Below are positions 11,466 to 20,179 of a DNA stretch of 64,000 nt, one piece after another. The notes beneath the pieces are model-generated. The model saw nothing but the letters and a program-made list of their open reading frames with translations, had not been told where the DNA came from and did not search any database. The DNA is from Treponema sp. (GTDB lineage Bacteria > Spirochaetota > Spirochaetia > Treponematales > Treponemataceae), in the NCBI GenBank assembly GCA_016296655.1, contig JAEDIW010000009.1, forward strand, positions 174 through 64,173, written 5' to 3'. A program made the position numbers and the translations under genes. The first letter of the stretch is position 1, and the number at the start of each line of letters is the position of its first letter.

Positions 11466-12015
11466 AAATGGTTTTAATCCGCTTTCACGTACATCAGCCC
11501 ATCGCCGTGCAATGTCACGGAATATGGTAACTTCTCTCTTTAGATTTGAGAGAATTACAACAACTAAAGCGAAGGCTTTAGAAGTAAGAAAGGCAGCTGA
11601 AAAACTTATTACACGTGGAAAAGTAGACACTGTACATAACCGCCGTCAGGTTGCTAAATTTATTCAGGATGAAAAGATTCTGAATAAAGTATTTACAGAA
11701 ATCGGTCCAAGAATGAAGGATCGTCAGGGTGGTTATACACGTATCCTTAAGATTGGTTTCCGTCAGGGTGATGCAGCTGATATGGTTATTCTTGAATTGG
11801 TTGACTATAAACTTGATACAGATGCACCTGCAAAGAAGGCAGAAAAGAAAGCTGCAAAAGCAACTAGAACTGCTGAAGGTAAGACTGAAAAGCCTGCTAA
11901 AAAAGCAAAGACATCTGCAACAAAAGCTGACAGTGAAGCTCCTGCTAAAGCAAAAAAGTCTGCTTCAACTAAAAAAACAGCAAAAGTTGCTGATACAGCA
12001 GAAAACAAGGAGTAG
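11455..12015 (+). CDS. rplQ: 50S ribosomal protein L17 with Lys/Ala-rich C-terminal tail
   Basis: [23 protein letters not shown]. Confidence 0.98.
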   Translation: MNHRNGFNPLSRTSAHRRAMSRNMVTSLFRFERITTTKAKALEVRKAAEKLITRGKVDTVHNRRQVAKFIQDEKILNKVFTEIGPRMKDRQGGYTRILKIGFRQGDAADMVILELVDYKLDTDAPAKKAEKKAAKATRTAEGKTEKPAKKAKTSATKADSEAPAKAKKSASTKKTAKVADTAENKE

Positions 12016-12018
12016 AAA

Positions 12019-12234
12019 ATGTCAAAGAATCATCGCGGAAGTGGTTTGCGTGAACTGCCTGCTCATGGTAGAGGCAAGTGTGCTGTTTGCCAGAAAGAAG
12101 GTGTAAAAGTTATCTACGAAAAAGAAATTGATGGCAAGCAGGTAAAGATTTGTAAATATTGCAATGCTGCTTTGAAAAATAAAGCAAGACAGACTCCTGC
12201 TACTCCTTCAGCAGAAGCTCCTGCTGAAGCCTAA
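12019..12234 (+). CDS. Small basic Zn-ribbon protein (CxxC-x20-CxxC), last gene of the alpha operon
   Basis: 71 aa, AGGAG SD, 3 bp after rplQ stop, upstream of the operon terminator. Confidence 0.85.
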   Translation: MSKNHRGSGLRELPAHGRGKCAVCQKEGVKVIYEKEIDGKQVKICKYCNAALKNKARQTPATPSAEAPAEA

Positions 12235-12261
12235 ATTTTACTTATAGCAAATTGCTATATT

Positions 12262-12297
12262 AGCCGCTCTTTTGATAAGGGCGGCTTTGTTTTTTTT
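12262..12297 (+). terminator. Intrinsic terminator of the ribosomal cluster
   Basis: AGCCGCTCTT-ttgat-AAGGGCGGCT followed by T tract. Confidence 0.85.
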
Positions 12298-12422
12298 AGG
12301 CTTATGTTCTATACAGTTTCGATTGTTGCTTTTGTGTTGTGGTGGTGCATAAAAATCAAAAAAAGTATTAACTCATAAAACTGAAGTATTATTAAAAGTT
12401 TATTAGTATTTGTGAAAACATA

Positions 12423-12451
12423 TTTACAAAAAAAAGAAATTTTACTAGAGT
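12423..12451 (+). promoter_or_regulatory. Putative sigma70 promoter of the liv operon
   Basis: TTTACA-17 bp-TAGAGT. Confidence 0.5.
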
Positions 12452-12480
12452 AAAACGAAATCCTAGTTGTGGAGGGATAT

Positions 12481-13629
12481 ATGAAAAAATTACTGAAAAA
12501 TGGTATTGCGTTTGCTCTTGTTTCTGCTATGGCAGTTTCTGCTTTTGCTGCAAAAAAGAAAGGCAGCGATCAGATTAAAATAGGTGGAATTTTTCCGCTT
12601 TCTGGAGCTGTAGCTGTTTATGGTGTTGAATGTAAGAATGGTATTGATTTGGCTATTGAAGAAATTAATGCCGCTGGCGGTGTTAATGGTAAAAAAATTA
12701 TTCTTATCAGTGAAGATGACGAAGGAAATCAGGATAAAACTGTAAATGCTTTTAAGAAGCTTACAATTAAAGACAAGGTTTCAATGGTTATCGGTTCTTT
12801 GACTTCCGGCTGTACAATGGCTATTACTCCACTTGCACAGGCAAGCAAAGTTGTTCAGATTGCACCAGCTGCAACTGCTACTGCAGTAACAGATGCAGGA
12901 GATTTTGTTTTCCGTGCATGTTTTATTGATCCGTTCCAGGGAACTGTTGGCGGTCGTTTTGCTTCTGAAAATCTTGGGTTGAAAAGGGCTGCAATTCTTT
13001 ATGACATTGGAAATGACTATTCTGTAGGTCTTACAGAAAATTTTGAAACAGCATTTAAGAAAAATGGCGGTTCAATTGTTGCAAAAGAATCTTACAGTAC
13101 TGGTGATAAGGATTTTAATGCTCAGCTGACAAAAATCAGAAATGCTAATCCAGATGTTGTTTATCTTCCAGATTATTATGGTACTGTAGCTTTGATTGCA
13201 AGCCAGCTTCGTGCTCAGGGAATCAATACTCCAATTGTTGGAGCTGATGGTTGGGATGGTCTTACAAGTAATGCTGGTGATGAAGTTTTGAATGGTTTTT
13301 ACTCAAATCACTATGCACCGGACTCAACATCACCAGCTGTTCAGAAGTTTGTAAAGTCTTTCAAGTCAAAGTACAATAAAGAACCTAATGCTTTTGCCGC
13401 TCTTGGTTATGACAGTGTTTATATGTTGCGTGATGCTATCAAAGCTGCTGGTTCTACAGATGCAAAGGCTGTCCGCGATGCTCTGAAAAAGACAAATTCT
13501 GATTATGTAACTGGAAGGCTTAGCTTTGATGCAAAGCGTAATCCTGTTAAGTCTGCTGTAATGGTTGAAATTGTAAAGGGAGCTGATGGAAAACTGACTT
13601 CTGTTTACAAGGCTACTGTTAATCCGTAA
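12481..13629 (+). CDS. livK: Branched-chain amino acid ABC transporter substrate-binding protein (LivJ/K family)
   Basis: Signal peptide; IKIGGIFPLSG, EEINAAGGVNG, DFNAQLTKI; GGAGG SD before ATG 12481. Confidence 0.9.
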   Translation: MKKLLKNGIAFALVSAMAVSAFAAKKKGSDQIKIGGIFPLSGAVAVYGVECKNGIDLAIEEINAAGGVNGKKIILISEDDEGNQDKTVNAFKKLTIKDKVSMVIGSLTSGCTMAITPLAQASKVVQIAPAATATAVTDAGDFVFRACFIDPFQGTVGGRFASENLGLKRAAILYDIGNDYSVGLTENFETAFKKNGGSIVAKESYSTGDKDFNAQLTKIRNANPDVVYLPDYYGTVALIASQLRAQGINTPIVGADGWDGLTSNAGDEVLNGFYSNHYAPDSTSPAVQKFVKSFKSKYNKEPNAFAALGYDSVYMLRDAIKAAGSTDAKAVRDALKKTNSDYVTGRLSFDAKRNPVKSAVMVEIVKGADGKLTSVYKATVNP

Positions 13630-13760
13630 TTTTTGTTAATTATGTTTCGAAGGAATTAATCTTTCGTGGCATTTAGTAGTTAATTTTATCTGTGCAGGGG
13701 GATTTTATTCTGGCAGTGGTGCCGGAAAAATAAATGAAATTTTCCTGCAAAATAACGGCA

Positions 13761-13796
13761 AAGGCGCTGGTCAGAAATGGCTGGTGCCTTTTTTTT
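13761..13796 (+). terminator. Terminator/attenuator hairpin after livK
   Basis: AAGGCGCTGGTCA-GAAA-TGGCTGGTGCCTT plus T tract. Confidence 0.65.
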
Positions 13797-13825
13797 GGGA
13801 AAAAACGGAAGGTCTTGCAGAGCAA

Positions 13826-13925
13826 ACCGCCCAAGCGCTGGAATGGTGCGGCTTGGCCGCAGTTGAACGTAGTGAAACCGCGCGTTAGCAAGCCATGGAA
13901 GTGCGTTCTGCAGAACGGTCGCGAC
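13826..13925 (+). repeat. Structured intergenic element, family C copy 1 (most divergent)
   Basis: GCGCTGGAATGG...CCATGGAAGTGC closing stem, internal GGCTTG/CAAGCC helix, terminal CGTTCTGCAGAACG hairpin, A-rich tail. Confidence 0.5.
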
Positions 13926-14024
13926 AGGAAAGAAAAAAAACAGGATTTTATAAAAAAGAGGTTACCTTTACTAATTTATTGTATAAAGGTAAAATAGGAT
14001 ATATTTTGAACACGGAGGGTGTTT

Positions 14025-14924
14025 TTGAATACCGGGATGATATTTTTGCAGCAGCTTATAAACGGGCTGTCTTTGGGTAGCATTTATGCACTGATTGCAC
14101 TGGGCTATACCATGGTTTATGGAATTGTAAAGCTGATTAATTTTGCGCATGGTGACATTATGATGATTGGTGCGTACACTGCATATTTTGTGCTTAGGGC
14201 GATGGGAACGAATGTGTCTGGAATGGCGGTGGCTTTTGTTGTTGCTATGACAGTTTGTGCATTGCTTTCTATTGTTATTGAACGTTTTGCATACAGACCT
14301 TTGAGAAATGCACCGAGATTGAATTCCCTTATTACAGCAATTGCCGTGGAATTGATTTTGCAGAATGCCATGCGTGTTATTCCGTTTATTGGACCTGATC
14401 CCCGGTTGTTTCCGACTTTTGCGATTAAGAATTTTTCGATTGGGGCTGTTTCTATTTCGAATATTCAGCTGATTGTTATTGTTCTTAGTGCAATTCTTAT
14501 GCTTGCATTGAACTACATTGTAAATTATACGAAGACTGGTATGGCGATGCAGGCTGTTTCCTATGATCTTCAGGCTTCCAGTCTTATGGGAATCAGTGTA
14601 AACAGGACGATTGCCTTTACTTTTGCAATTGGTTCGGTTCTGGCTGGTGCTGGTGGTATCCTTTATGCAACAGCTTATCCTCAGATTGATCCGCTTTTGG
14701 GTTATATGCCTGGATTAAAGGCTTTTATTGCAGCGGTTCTTGGTGGAATTGGTTCGGTTCCTGGTGCTATGTTTGGTGGCATTGTTCTTGGTGTTGCTGA
14801 AACTATGACAAAAGGTTTCCTGTCTTCTCAGTTTGCGGATGCAATTTCTTTTAGTATTTTGATTGTCATTCTTCTGGTTAAGCCTACAGGAATTTTTGGA
14901 AAGCCTTCAAGAGTCAAGGTTTGA
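14025..14924 (+). CDS. livH: BCAA ABC transporter permease
   Basis: QQLINGLSLGSIYALIALGYTMVYG, INFAHG; start uncertain (TTG 14025 or ATG 14037). Confidence 0.93.
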   Translation: MNTGMIFLQQLINGLSLGSIYALIALGYTMVYGIVKLINFAHGDIMMIGAYTAYFVLRAMGTNVSGMAVAFVVAMTVCALLSIVIERFAYRPLRNAPRLNSLITAIAVELILQNAMRVIPFIGPDPRLFPTFAIKNFSIGAVSISNIQLIVIVLSAILMLALNYIVNYTKTGMAMQAVSYDLQASSLMGISVNRTIAFTFAIGSVLAGAGGILYATAYPQIDPLLGYMPGLKAFIAAVLGGIGSVPGAMFGGIVLGVAETMTKGFLSSQFADAISFSILIVILLVKPTGIFGKPSRVKV

Positions 14925-14943
14925 TTTTTTTAGGGGAGATGTA

Positions 14944-15957
14944 ATGAAAAATAAAAAATTGCGCAATTTTTTTATTCTTGGCTGCTGTTCTGTGGTTGCA
15001 GTTGTTGCTGTTGGTCTTTTGATTAATTTTGAAATTATTGATGCATATACAGCCCAGATTTTAACGCTGGCTGGTATAAATGCCATTATGGCACTGTCTG
15101 TTAATATTATTTGTGGAATTACAGGTCAGCTTTCTTTGGGACAGGCCGGTTTTATGGCAATTGGTGCTTATTCTTCTGTTTTGATTGCAAATGCAGGAAT
15201 TCCGCTGCCGCTTAGCATTGTGCTTGCCGGTCTGGTTACAGCTTTTTTTGGTTTCCTGATTGGCTTTCCTACATTAAAACTGGAAGGGGACTACCTTGCA
15301 ATCGTTACATTGGGTTTTGGAGAAATTATCCGTGTAGTTTTTGTAAACTTGAAGAAATGGACGGGTGGTCCTAACGGCAAGCAGTTTCCTACGATTATGA
15401 CGTTAAATCCGGCTGTTGCATACATTGTAATTATTGGTGTGCTTGTTGTTCTGGTGATACTGATTCAGAATTTTATTCGTTCAACTTATGGGCGTGCAAT
15501 TCTGGCTGTCAGGGATGATGAAATTGCTGCTAATTCCAGTGGAATCGGAATTTTCCGCTACAAAATGATTGGTTTTGTAATAGCATCTTTTGTTGCTGGA
15601 ATTGGCGGGGCATTGTATGCGCCATTTATTGGATTTATCAAGCCTGACATGGCTTCGTTCAATAAAAGTATTGATTATTTGATTTTCGTTGTTCTGGGTG
15701 GAATGGGCTCAACTACGGGGGCAATTCTTGCTTCTTTTGTTCTGACTTCTCTGCAGGAATTTTTGCGTTTCCTGCAAAACTACAGGCTTTTATTCTATCC
15801 TGTAATTTTAATGCTTGTAATGCAGTTCAGGCCTCAGGGGTTGCTTGGTACAAAAGAATTTTCATTTATTAAAACTTGGGACGGGATTCCAGGCCTTAAA
15901 GCAAAGATGAAGAGTTTTTTGGGTAAAAAAAGTGTAAAGCAGGGAGGTGCTGAATGA
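14944..15957 (+). CDS. livM: BCAA ABC transporter permease
   Basis: GQLSLGQAGF, GDYLAIVTLGFGEI. Confidence 0.93.
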   Translation: MKNKKLRNFFILGCCSVVAVVAVGLLINFEIIDAYTAQILTLAGINAIMALSVNIICGITGQLSLGQAGFMAIGAYSSVLIANAGIPLPLSIVLAGLVTAFFGFLIGFPTLKLEGDYLAIVTLGFGEIIRVVFVNLKKWTGGPNGKQFPTIMTLNPAVAYIVIIGVLVVLVILIQNFIRSTYGRAILAVRDDEIAANSSGIGIFRYKMIGFVIASFVAGIGGALYAPFIGFIKPDMASFNKSIDYLIFVVLGGMGSTTGAILASFVLTSLQEFLRFLQNYRLLFYPVILMLVMQFRPQGLLGTKEFSFIKTWDGIPGLKAKMKSFLGKKSVKQGGAE

Positions 15958-16754
15958 GCGAGGCAAAAACTGTTTTAAAGGCCAGTGACATTTCAATTGT
16001 TTTTGGTGGCCTCCGGGCTGTAAGCAATTTTTCTTGTGAATTAAAGCAAAACGAACTTGTTGGACTTATTGGACCGAACGGTGCAGGAAAGACGACTGTT
16101 TTTAATATGCTTAGTGGTGTTTATCGTCCTACTGAAGGTCAGATTTCTTTCTGGGATAAAAATGATATAGTTAGGGTAATTAACAAGGATACCCCTGCAA
16201 AGCACAACAGAATTGGAATTGCAAGAACTTTTCAGAATATCCGGCTGTTTTCTCAGATGTCAGTAGCGGATAATGTCAGGGTTGCCTTACATTCTAATAG
16301 GATTGTAAATCCTGTGGATGTTCTTTTGCGGACTCCTCGTTTTTTCCGTGATGAAGAAAGAATGACTTCTGAAGTTGAATCCTTGCTTGATTTGTTCAAA
16401 ATTTTGAATAAAAAGGATGAGCTTGCAAAGAATTTGCCTTATGGCGAACAGCGAAAGCTGGAAATTGTCCGAGCTTTGGCTTCAAAACCGGCTTTGCTTC
16501 TGCTGGATGAGCCTGCTGCAGGTATGAATCCTCAGGAAACGGAAGATTTGATGAATCTGATTGCGTTTATACGCGAAAAATTTAACCTGACAATTCTTTT
16601 GATTGAACATGATATGCGGCTTGTAATGGGAATTTGCGAAAGAATCATCGTTCTTGATTATGGAAGGATTATTGCAGAAGGAAAGCCTGAAGAAATTCAA
16701 TCCAATCCGCAGGTTATAAAGGCCTATTTAGGCGAGGAGGCTGTAAATGCTTGA
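15954..16754 (+). CDS. livG: BCAA ABC transporter ATP-binding protein
   Basis: GPNGAGKTT, ARTFQNIRLF, LPYGEQRKLEI, LLDEPAAG. Confidence 0.95.
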   Translation: MSEAKTVLKASDISIVFGGLRAVSNFSCELKQNELVGLIGPNGAGKTTVFNMLSGVYRPTEGQISFWDKNDIVRVINKDTPAKHNRIGIARTFQNIRLFSQMSVADNVRVALHSNRIVNPVDVLLRTPRFFRDEERMTSEVESLLDLFKILNKKDELAKNLPYGEQRKLEIVRALASKPALLLLDEPAAGMNPQETEDLMNLIAFIREKFNLTILLIEHDMRLVMGICERIIVLDYGRIIAEGKPEEIQSNPQVIKAYLGEEAVNA

Positions 16755-17451
16755 GGTAAAAGATCTTTGTGTTTCTTATGGGGCGATAAAGGCTCTCCGC
16801 GGAATCAGCTTTAATGTTGAAGAAGGCGAAATTATTACTTTGATTGGTTCAAATGGTGCCGGAAAGACAACAACCCTGCATGCAATTTCCAATATTATAA
16901 AAAAGCAGTCGGGTTCTGTAATTTTTAATGGGATGGACATTACTAACATGGAGCCTGATAAAATTGTTCGCCAGAATCTGATTCAAGTTCCTGAAGGAAG
17001 GCGGATTTTTGCAAATCTCAGTGTAAAAGATAATCTGGAGCTTGGAGCTTATACACGAACTGACAAAGCCGGTATAAAATCTGATTTGGAAATGGTTTAT
17101 GAACTTTTTCCAAGAATGAAGGAAAGAATTCGGCAGATTTCTGGAACTTTGAGCGGTGGTGAATTGCAGATGCTTGCAATGGGCAGAGCTTTGATGGCAA
17201 AACCAAAACTTTTGCTTTTGGATGAACCTAGTATGGGGCTTGCTCCAATTCTGGTTGATGAGATTTTTTCGATTGTCAAAAAAATCAATGAAACTGGAAC
17301 GACTATTCTTCTTGTTGAGCAGAATGCCTTTAAGGCTCTTTCAATTGCAGATCGGGCTTATGTTCTTGAAACGGGTTCTATTGTAAAAGGAGGAAATTCG
17401 GCAGAGCTTGCTAAAGATCCTGCTGTAAAACAGGCGTACTTGGGCGGCTAA
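16747..17451 (+). CDS. livF: BCAA ABC transporter ATP-binding protein
   Basis: GSNGAGKTT, VPEGRRIF, LSGGE, LLDEPSMGLAP. Confidence 0.95.
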   Translation: MLEVKDLCVSYGAIKALRGISFNVEEGEIITLIGSNGAGKTTTLHAISNIIKKQSGSVIFNGMDITNMEPDKIVRQNLIQVPEGRRIFANLSVKDNLELGAYTRTDKAGIKSDLEMVYELFPRMKERIRQISGTLSGGELQMLAMGRALMAKPKLLLLDEPSMGLAPILVDEIFSIVKKINETGTTILLVEQNAFKALSIADRAYVLETGSIVKGGNSAELAKDPAVKQAYLGG

Positions 17452-17520
17452 TTTAAGGTTTAATTCAAACTCTTAAAAACAGCGAATCCAAGGCTTTAAG
17501 CGTTAGCGTGCCTTGACTCG
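17451..17520 (+). repeat. Dispersed repeat, family A
   Basis: TTTAAGGTTTAATTCAAACTCTTAAAAACAGCGAATCCAAGGCTTTAAGCGTTAGCGTGCCTTGAC matches the reverse complements of 30265-30330 and 55900-55970. Confidence 0.8.
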
Positions 17521-17663
17521 ATATATTTGTCGAAATATTTATTTGGGGTTATAATATTAATCAGATGAAATTCAATTCATCGCAATTTTTACAGGTGCTT
17601 GGAAAAATATTTTGCAGTTAGCAAGGAATTTTTTCAAGCCGATAAAGCAATTTTGGAGGAATT

Positions 17664-18308
17664 ATGAGAGTAAAAGACGTGATGACACATAATCCTGTGT
17701 ATATTTCTCCGGCTGCTTCTGTTGTTGAAGCAAAAACTTTAATGACAAAACAGAACATCAGCAAGTTGCCAGTTTTGGATAATAATAAGCGTCTGGTTGG
17801 AATAATCACAAAAAATGATTTGAATAAGGCTGGACCTTCGCAAGCTACAACTTTGGATATGTATGAAATAGGGTACCTGCTTTCAAAGCTGACGGTTGAA
17901 AAAATCATGCATAAGAAAGTTACAACGGTTTCTGAAGATGAAGTTATTGAAGAAGCTGCAAGAATAATGGTCGATGAAGGCATTGGATGTCTTCCGGTCA
18001 TGAAAGATTCTTTGATGGTAGGAATTATAACTGCCAGTGATTTGTTCAAGACTTTGATAGACTTATTTGGTGTCCGGCAGAAAGGTGTGCGAGCAACTTT
18101 TATGGTAAAGGATGTACCTGGAGAACTTGCAAAACTTTCAAAGCTGATTACAGATGTAGGCGGAAATATCATTTCCATTATTACTTGGGAAGGTGAAACT
18201 CTTGAATACAAGCGTATTACTGTAAAGGCTTCAGGAATAAGCTTTGACCAGATGAAAAATATATCTGTAACAATGGGATGTGAACTGCGTAATATCAGTG
18301 AAATTTAG
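17664..18308 (+). CDS. CBS-pair plus ACT domain protein (AcuB-like)
   Basis: MRVKDVMT, LPVLD..LVGIIT, IGCLPV; C-terminal DVPGELAKL ACT motif. Confidence 0.88.
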   Translation: MRVKDVMTHNPVYISPAASVVEAKTLMTKQNISKLPVLDNNKRLVGIITKNDLNKAGPSQATTLDMYEIGYLLSKLTVEKIMHKKVTTVSEDEVIEEAARIMVDEGIGCLPVMKDSLMVGIITASDLFKTLIDLFGVRQKGVRATFMVKDVPGELAKLSKLITDVGGNIISIITWEGETLEYKRITVKASGISFDQMKNISVTMGCELRNISEI

Positions 18309-18322
18309 ATAATTTGCTGTAT

Positions 18323-18365
18323 TTTTATGGACTTTGAAAAACTTTGTTTTTTAGAGTTCATAAAA
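18323..18365. terminator. Long hairpin, probable terminator
   Basis: TTTTATGGACTTTGAAAAAC/GTTTTTTAGAGTTCATAAAA inverted repeat. Confidence 0.55.
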
Positions 18366-18430
18366 CATGGTAAGTGTGAAAATTTGACAGAAAAGCTGGC
18401 ATTTTTTTGATTGTTACGGCAGTTACGGAT

Positions 18431-18470
18431 GGAAACACTGAATAGGATACGAAGCCTGTTCAGTGCTTTC
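18431..18470. repeat. 40-bp solo hairpin made of family-B MITE termini
   Basis: GGAAACACTGAATAGG-atacgaag-CCTGTTCAGTGCTTTC; first 14 nt identical to the terminus at 60706. Confidence 0.6.
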
Positions 18471-18718
18471 TGTTATGAGAATAGGTTCTGCTTGGCAGAC
18501 AGACTTATGTTTGACAGACAGCGTTCTTTTTATCTTTTTAGATTCTGGTTGCTGTTTTTTTATTCAATTTGTATACTAAAATATCAGCAGGCAAATTGGA
18601 TTTTGAATGTGTTCTCTGAAATATGGAATTTTTAGGGTGATGGTTGCTTTGTTGAACTGCGGCTGTTTTTTTTGCCGGTAAATTTTGTTTTTTCAGGTGT
18701 TGATATTATTTTAGAGTT

Positions 18719-20164
18719 ATGAGTGATTTTTCAGAAGCAAAAATTAACCAGTTTATAAAAACATATCCCTATCCGTTTACAACGGAAGCTTTGCGTAGCT
18801 TTATTGAAAAAACAGGAAATAAAATCAGCTATGCGGAGTGTAAGGAATTTTTATGCGCAAGCCCTTATGTATTTGAATTGCAGAAAGATGTTTTTTTGAC
18901 AAGGGCAGGTGCTTTTCTGGGGAAAAAATTTTCAATAAAGCCGACTCAGGAGGAAATAGAAAAGAAAATGTTTGTTATAGGGCACAGATGTGTACCTTAT
19001 GCAAATCCTGAAGTTGTTTCTTCAACTTTTACATTTTCCTGTGATGGCAAGCCGCTTCCTGAAAAAGTTGGAGAATTTGACAGCAATTCTGCACTTAAGT
19101 TTTTTCTGCTTTATGGTGAAGAATATGCAAGTCAGTATATTGCTGCAGATTTTGCAAATCAGTCACTGAATCTGGCTAAGCTTGAGTTTGAGTTGCCGCC
19201 AAAAGTTTTTTTGACAGGTGTTTCGCTTGAACCGTTGATGAAAAAATGTAATTTTCGTTATGGCGACAGGCTTTTGTGCAAGGTTGAGGACTGGGATTCT
19301 GGTTTTTTTTCCGTTGAGCCGATTTTATCTCATGAGCATAATTTAAAAATAAAGGACGATGATGTAAAACGTCAGGAGTGGTTTGATACTTTGGAAAAAA
19401 TTCTCCTGCATGCGCTGGATACATACGGGCCTTTGTCCTCAATTGATGAACAGCTTGCTAATGCTGTCTTTGATTTTCAGGAAGTTTTGTCTAAGGATTA
19501 TTGCGGTTCTATTGAAGAATTCATGCAGCAGTCTGATAAAATCGGCTTTGAAAATTATGGAGTTGAAACAAGGCTCTGGCATAAAGGCGAGGATGTTCCA
19601 GCTGTAGGAAAATGGAGCTGCATGCGCAATGGATATACATCGCTGATTCCTGAAGAATGGTTTCCGAATTTTGCCTTTATGGTTGATACTTATATAAAGG
19701 ACTGCCTTTTTCAGAAAAGCTGCGATTTTTCGATGCTTGATGAATTTGTTGAAATGGTGCCGGACAGACATCGCAGGAAACAGGCTGAAAATTTAATTGA
19801 AGAAAGGAAAAAAATTCTTTCAGAAAGTTACAACTGGTTTGCAGATTATACGGCAGGTGGAATTCGACACAGGGCGCTGGAACTATATAAAAAGGTTGAA
19901 CAGTTGCTGGACAGCATTGAGTCTGGAAACGCTTCCGATTTGTCAGCTATGCCACAGCAGGAGATAGTGGTTTTGACACAGCTGTACATTCATCTGGTAA
20001 AAATCCTTGAAACAACAGAATCTCAGGCAGATTATATTTCTGAAGAATATAAGACAATCATGCTTTCAATTGACGGCATGGAAATGAATTTTGAAGATAT
20101 TAAACCTGTTATATGTAATGCAAAGGTAAAGCAGGACAGTAAAAGGTTTAGGTTAATAAAATAA
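18719..20164 (+). CDS. Hypothetical protein (481 aa, acidic, cytoplasmic)
   Basis: Long ORF with host-like composition; no motif recognised. Confidence 0.8.
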   Translation: MSDFSEAKINQFIKTYPYPFTTEALRSFIEKTGNKISYAECKEFLCASPYVFELQKDVFLTRAGAFLGKKFSIKPTQEEIEKKMFVIGHRCVPYANPEVVSSTFTFSCDGKPLPEKVGEFDSNSALKFFLLYGEEYASQYIAADFANQSLNLAKLEFELPPKVFLTGVSLEPLMKKCNFRYGDRLLCKVEDWDSGFFSVEPILSHEHNLKIKDDDVKRQEWFDTLEKILLHALDTYGPLSSIDEQLANAVFDFQEVLSKDYCGSIEEFMQQSDKIGFENYGVETRLWHKGEDVPAVGKWSCMRNGYTSLIPEEWFPNFAFMVDTYIKDCLFQKSCDFSMLDEFVEMVPDRHRRKQAENLIEERKKILSESYNWFADYTAGGIRHRALELYKKVEQLLDSIESGNASDLSAMPQQEIVVLTQLYIHLVKILETTESQADYISEEYKTIMLSIDGMEMNFEDIKPVICNAKVKQDSKRFRLIK

Positions 20165-20179
20165 AAGAGAGGTATTTTT

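Noticed and set aside
13673..14080. Short ORFs in the livK-livH spacer, possible leader peptide or T-box
   Set aside because: No BCAA codon run, no T-box consensus found; they overlap the terminator and structured element
18411..18635. 74-aa ORF in the spacer
   Set aside because: TTG start, no SD, Phe-rich composition typical of T-rich non-coding DNA
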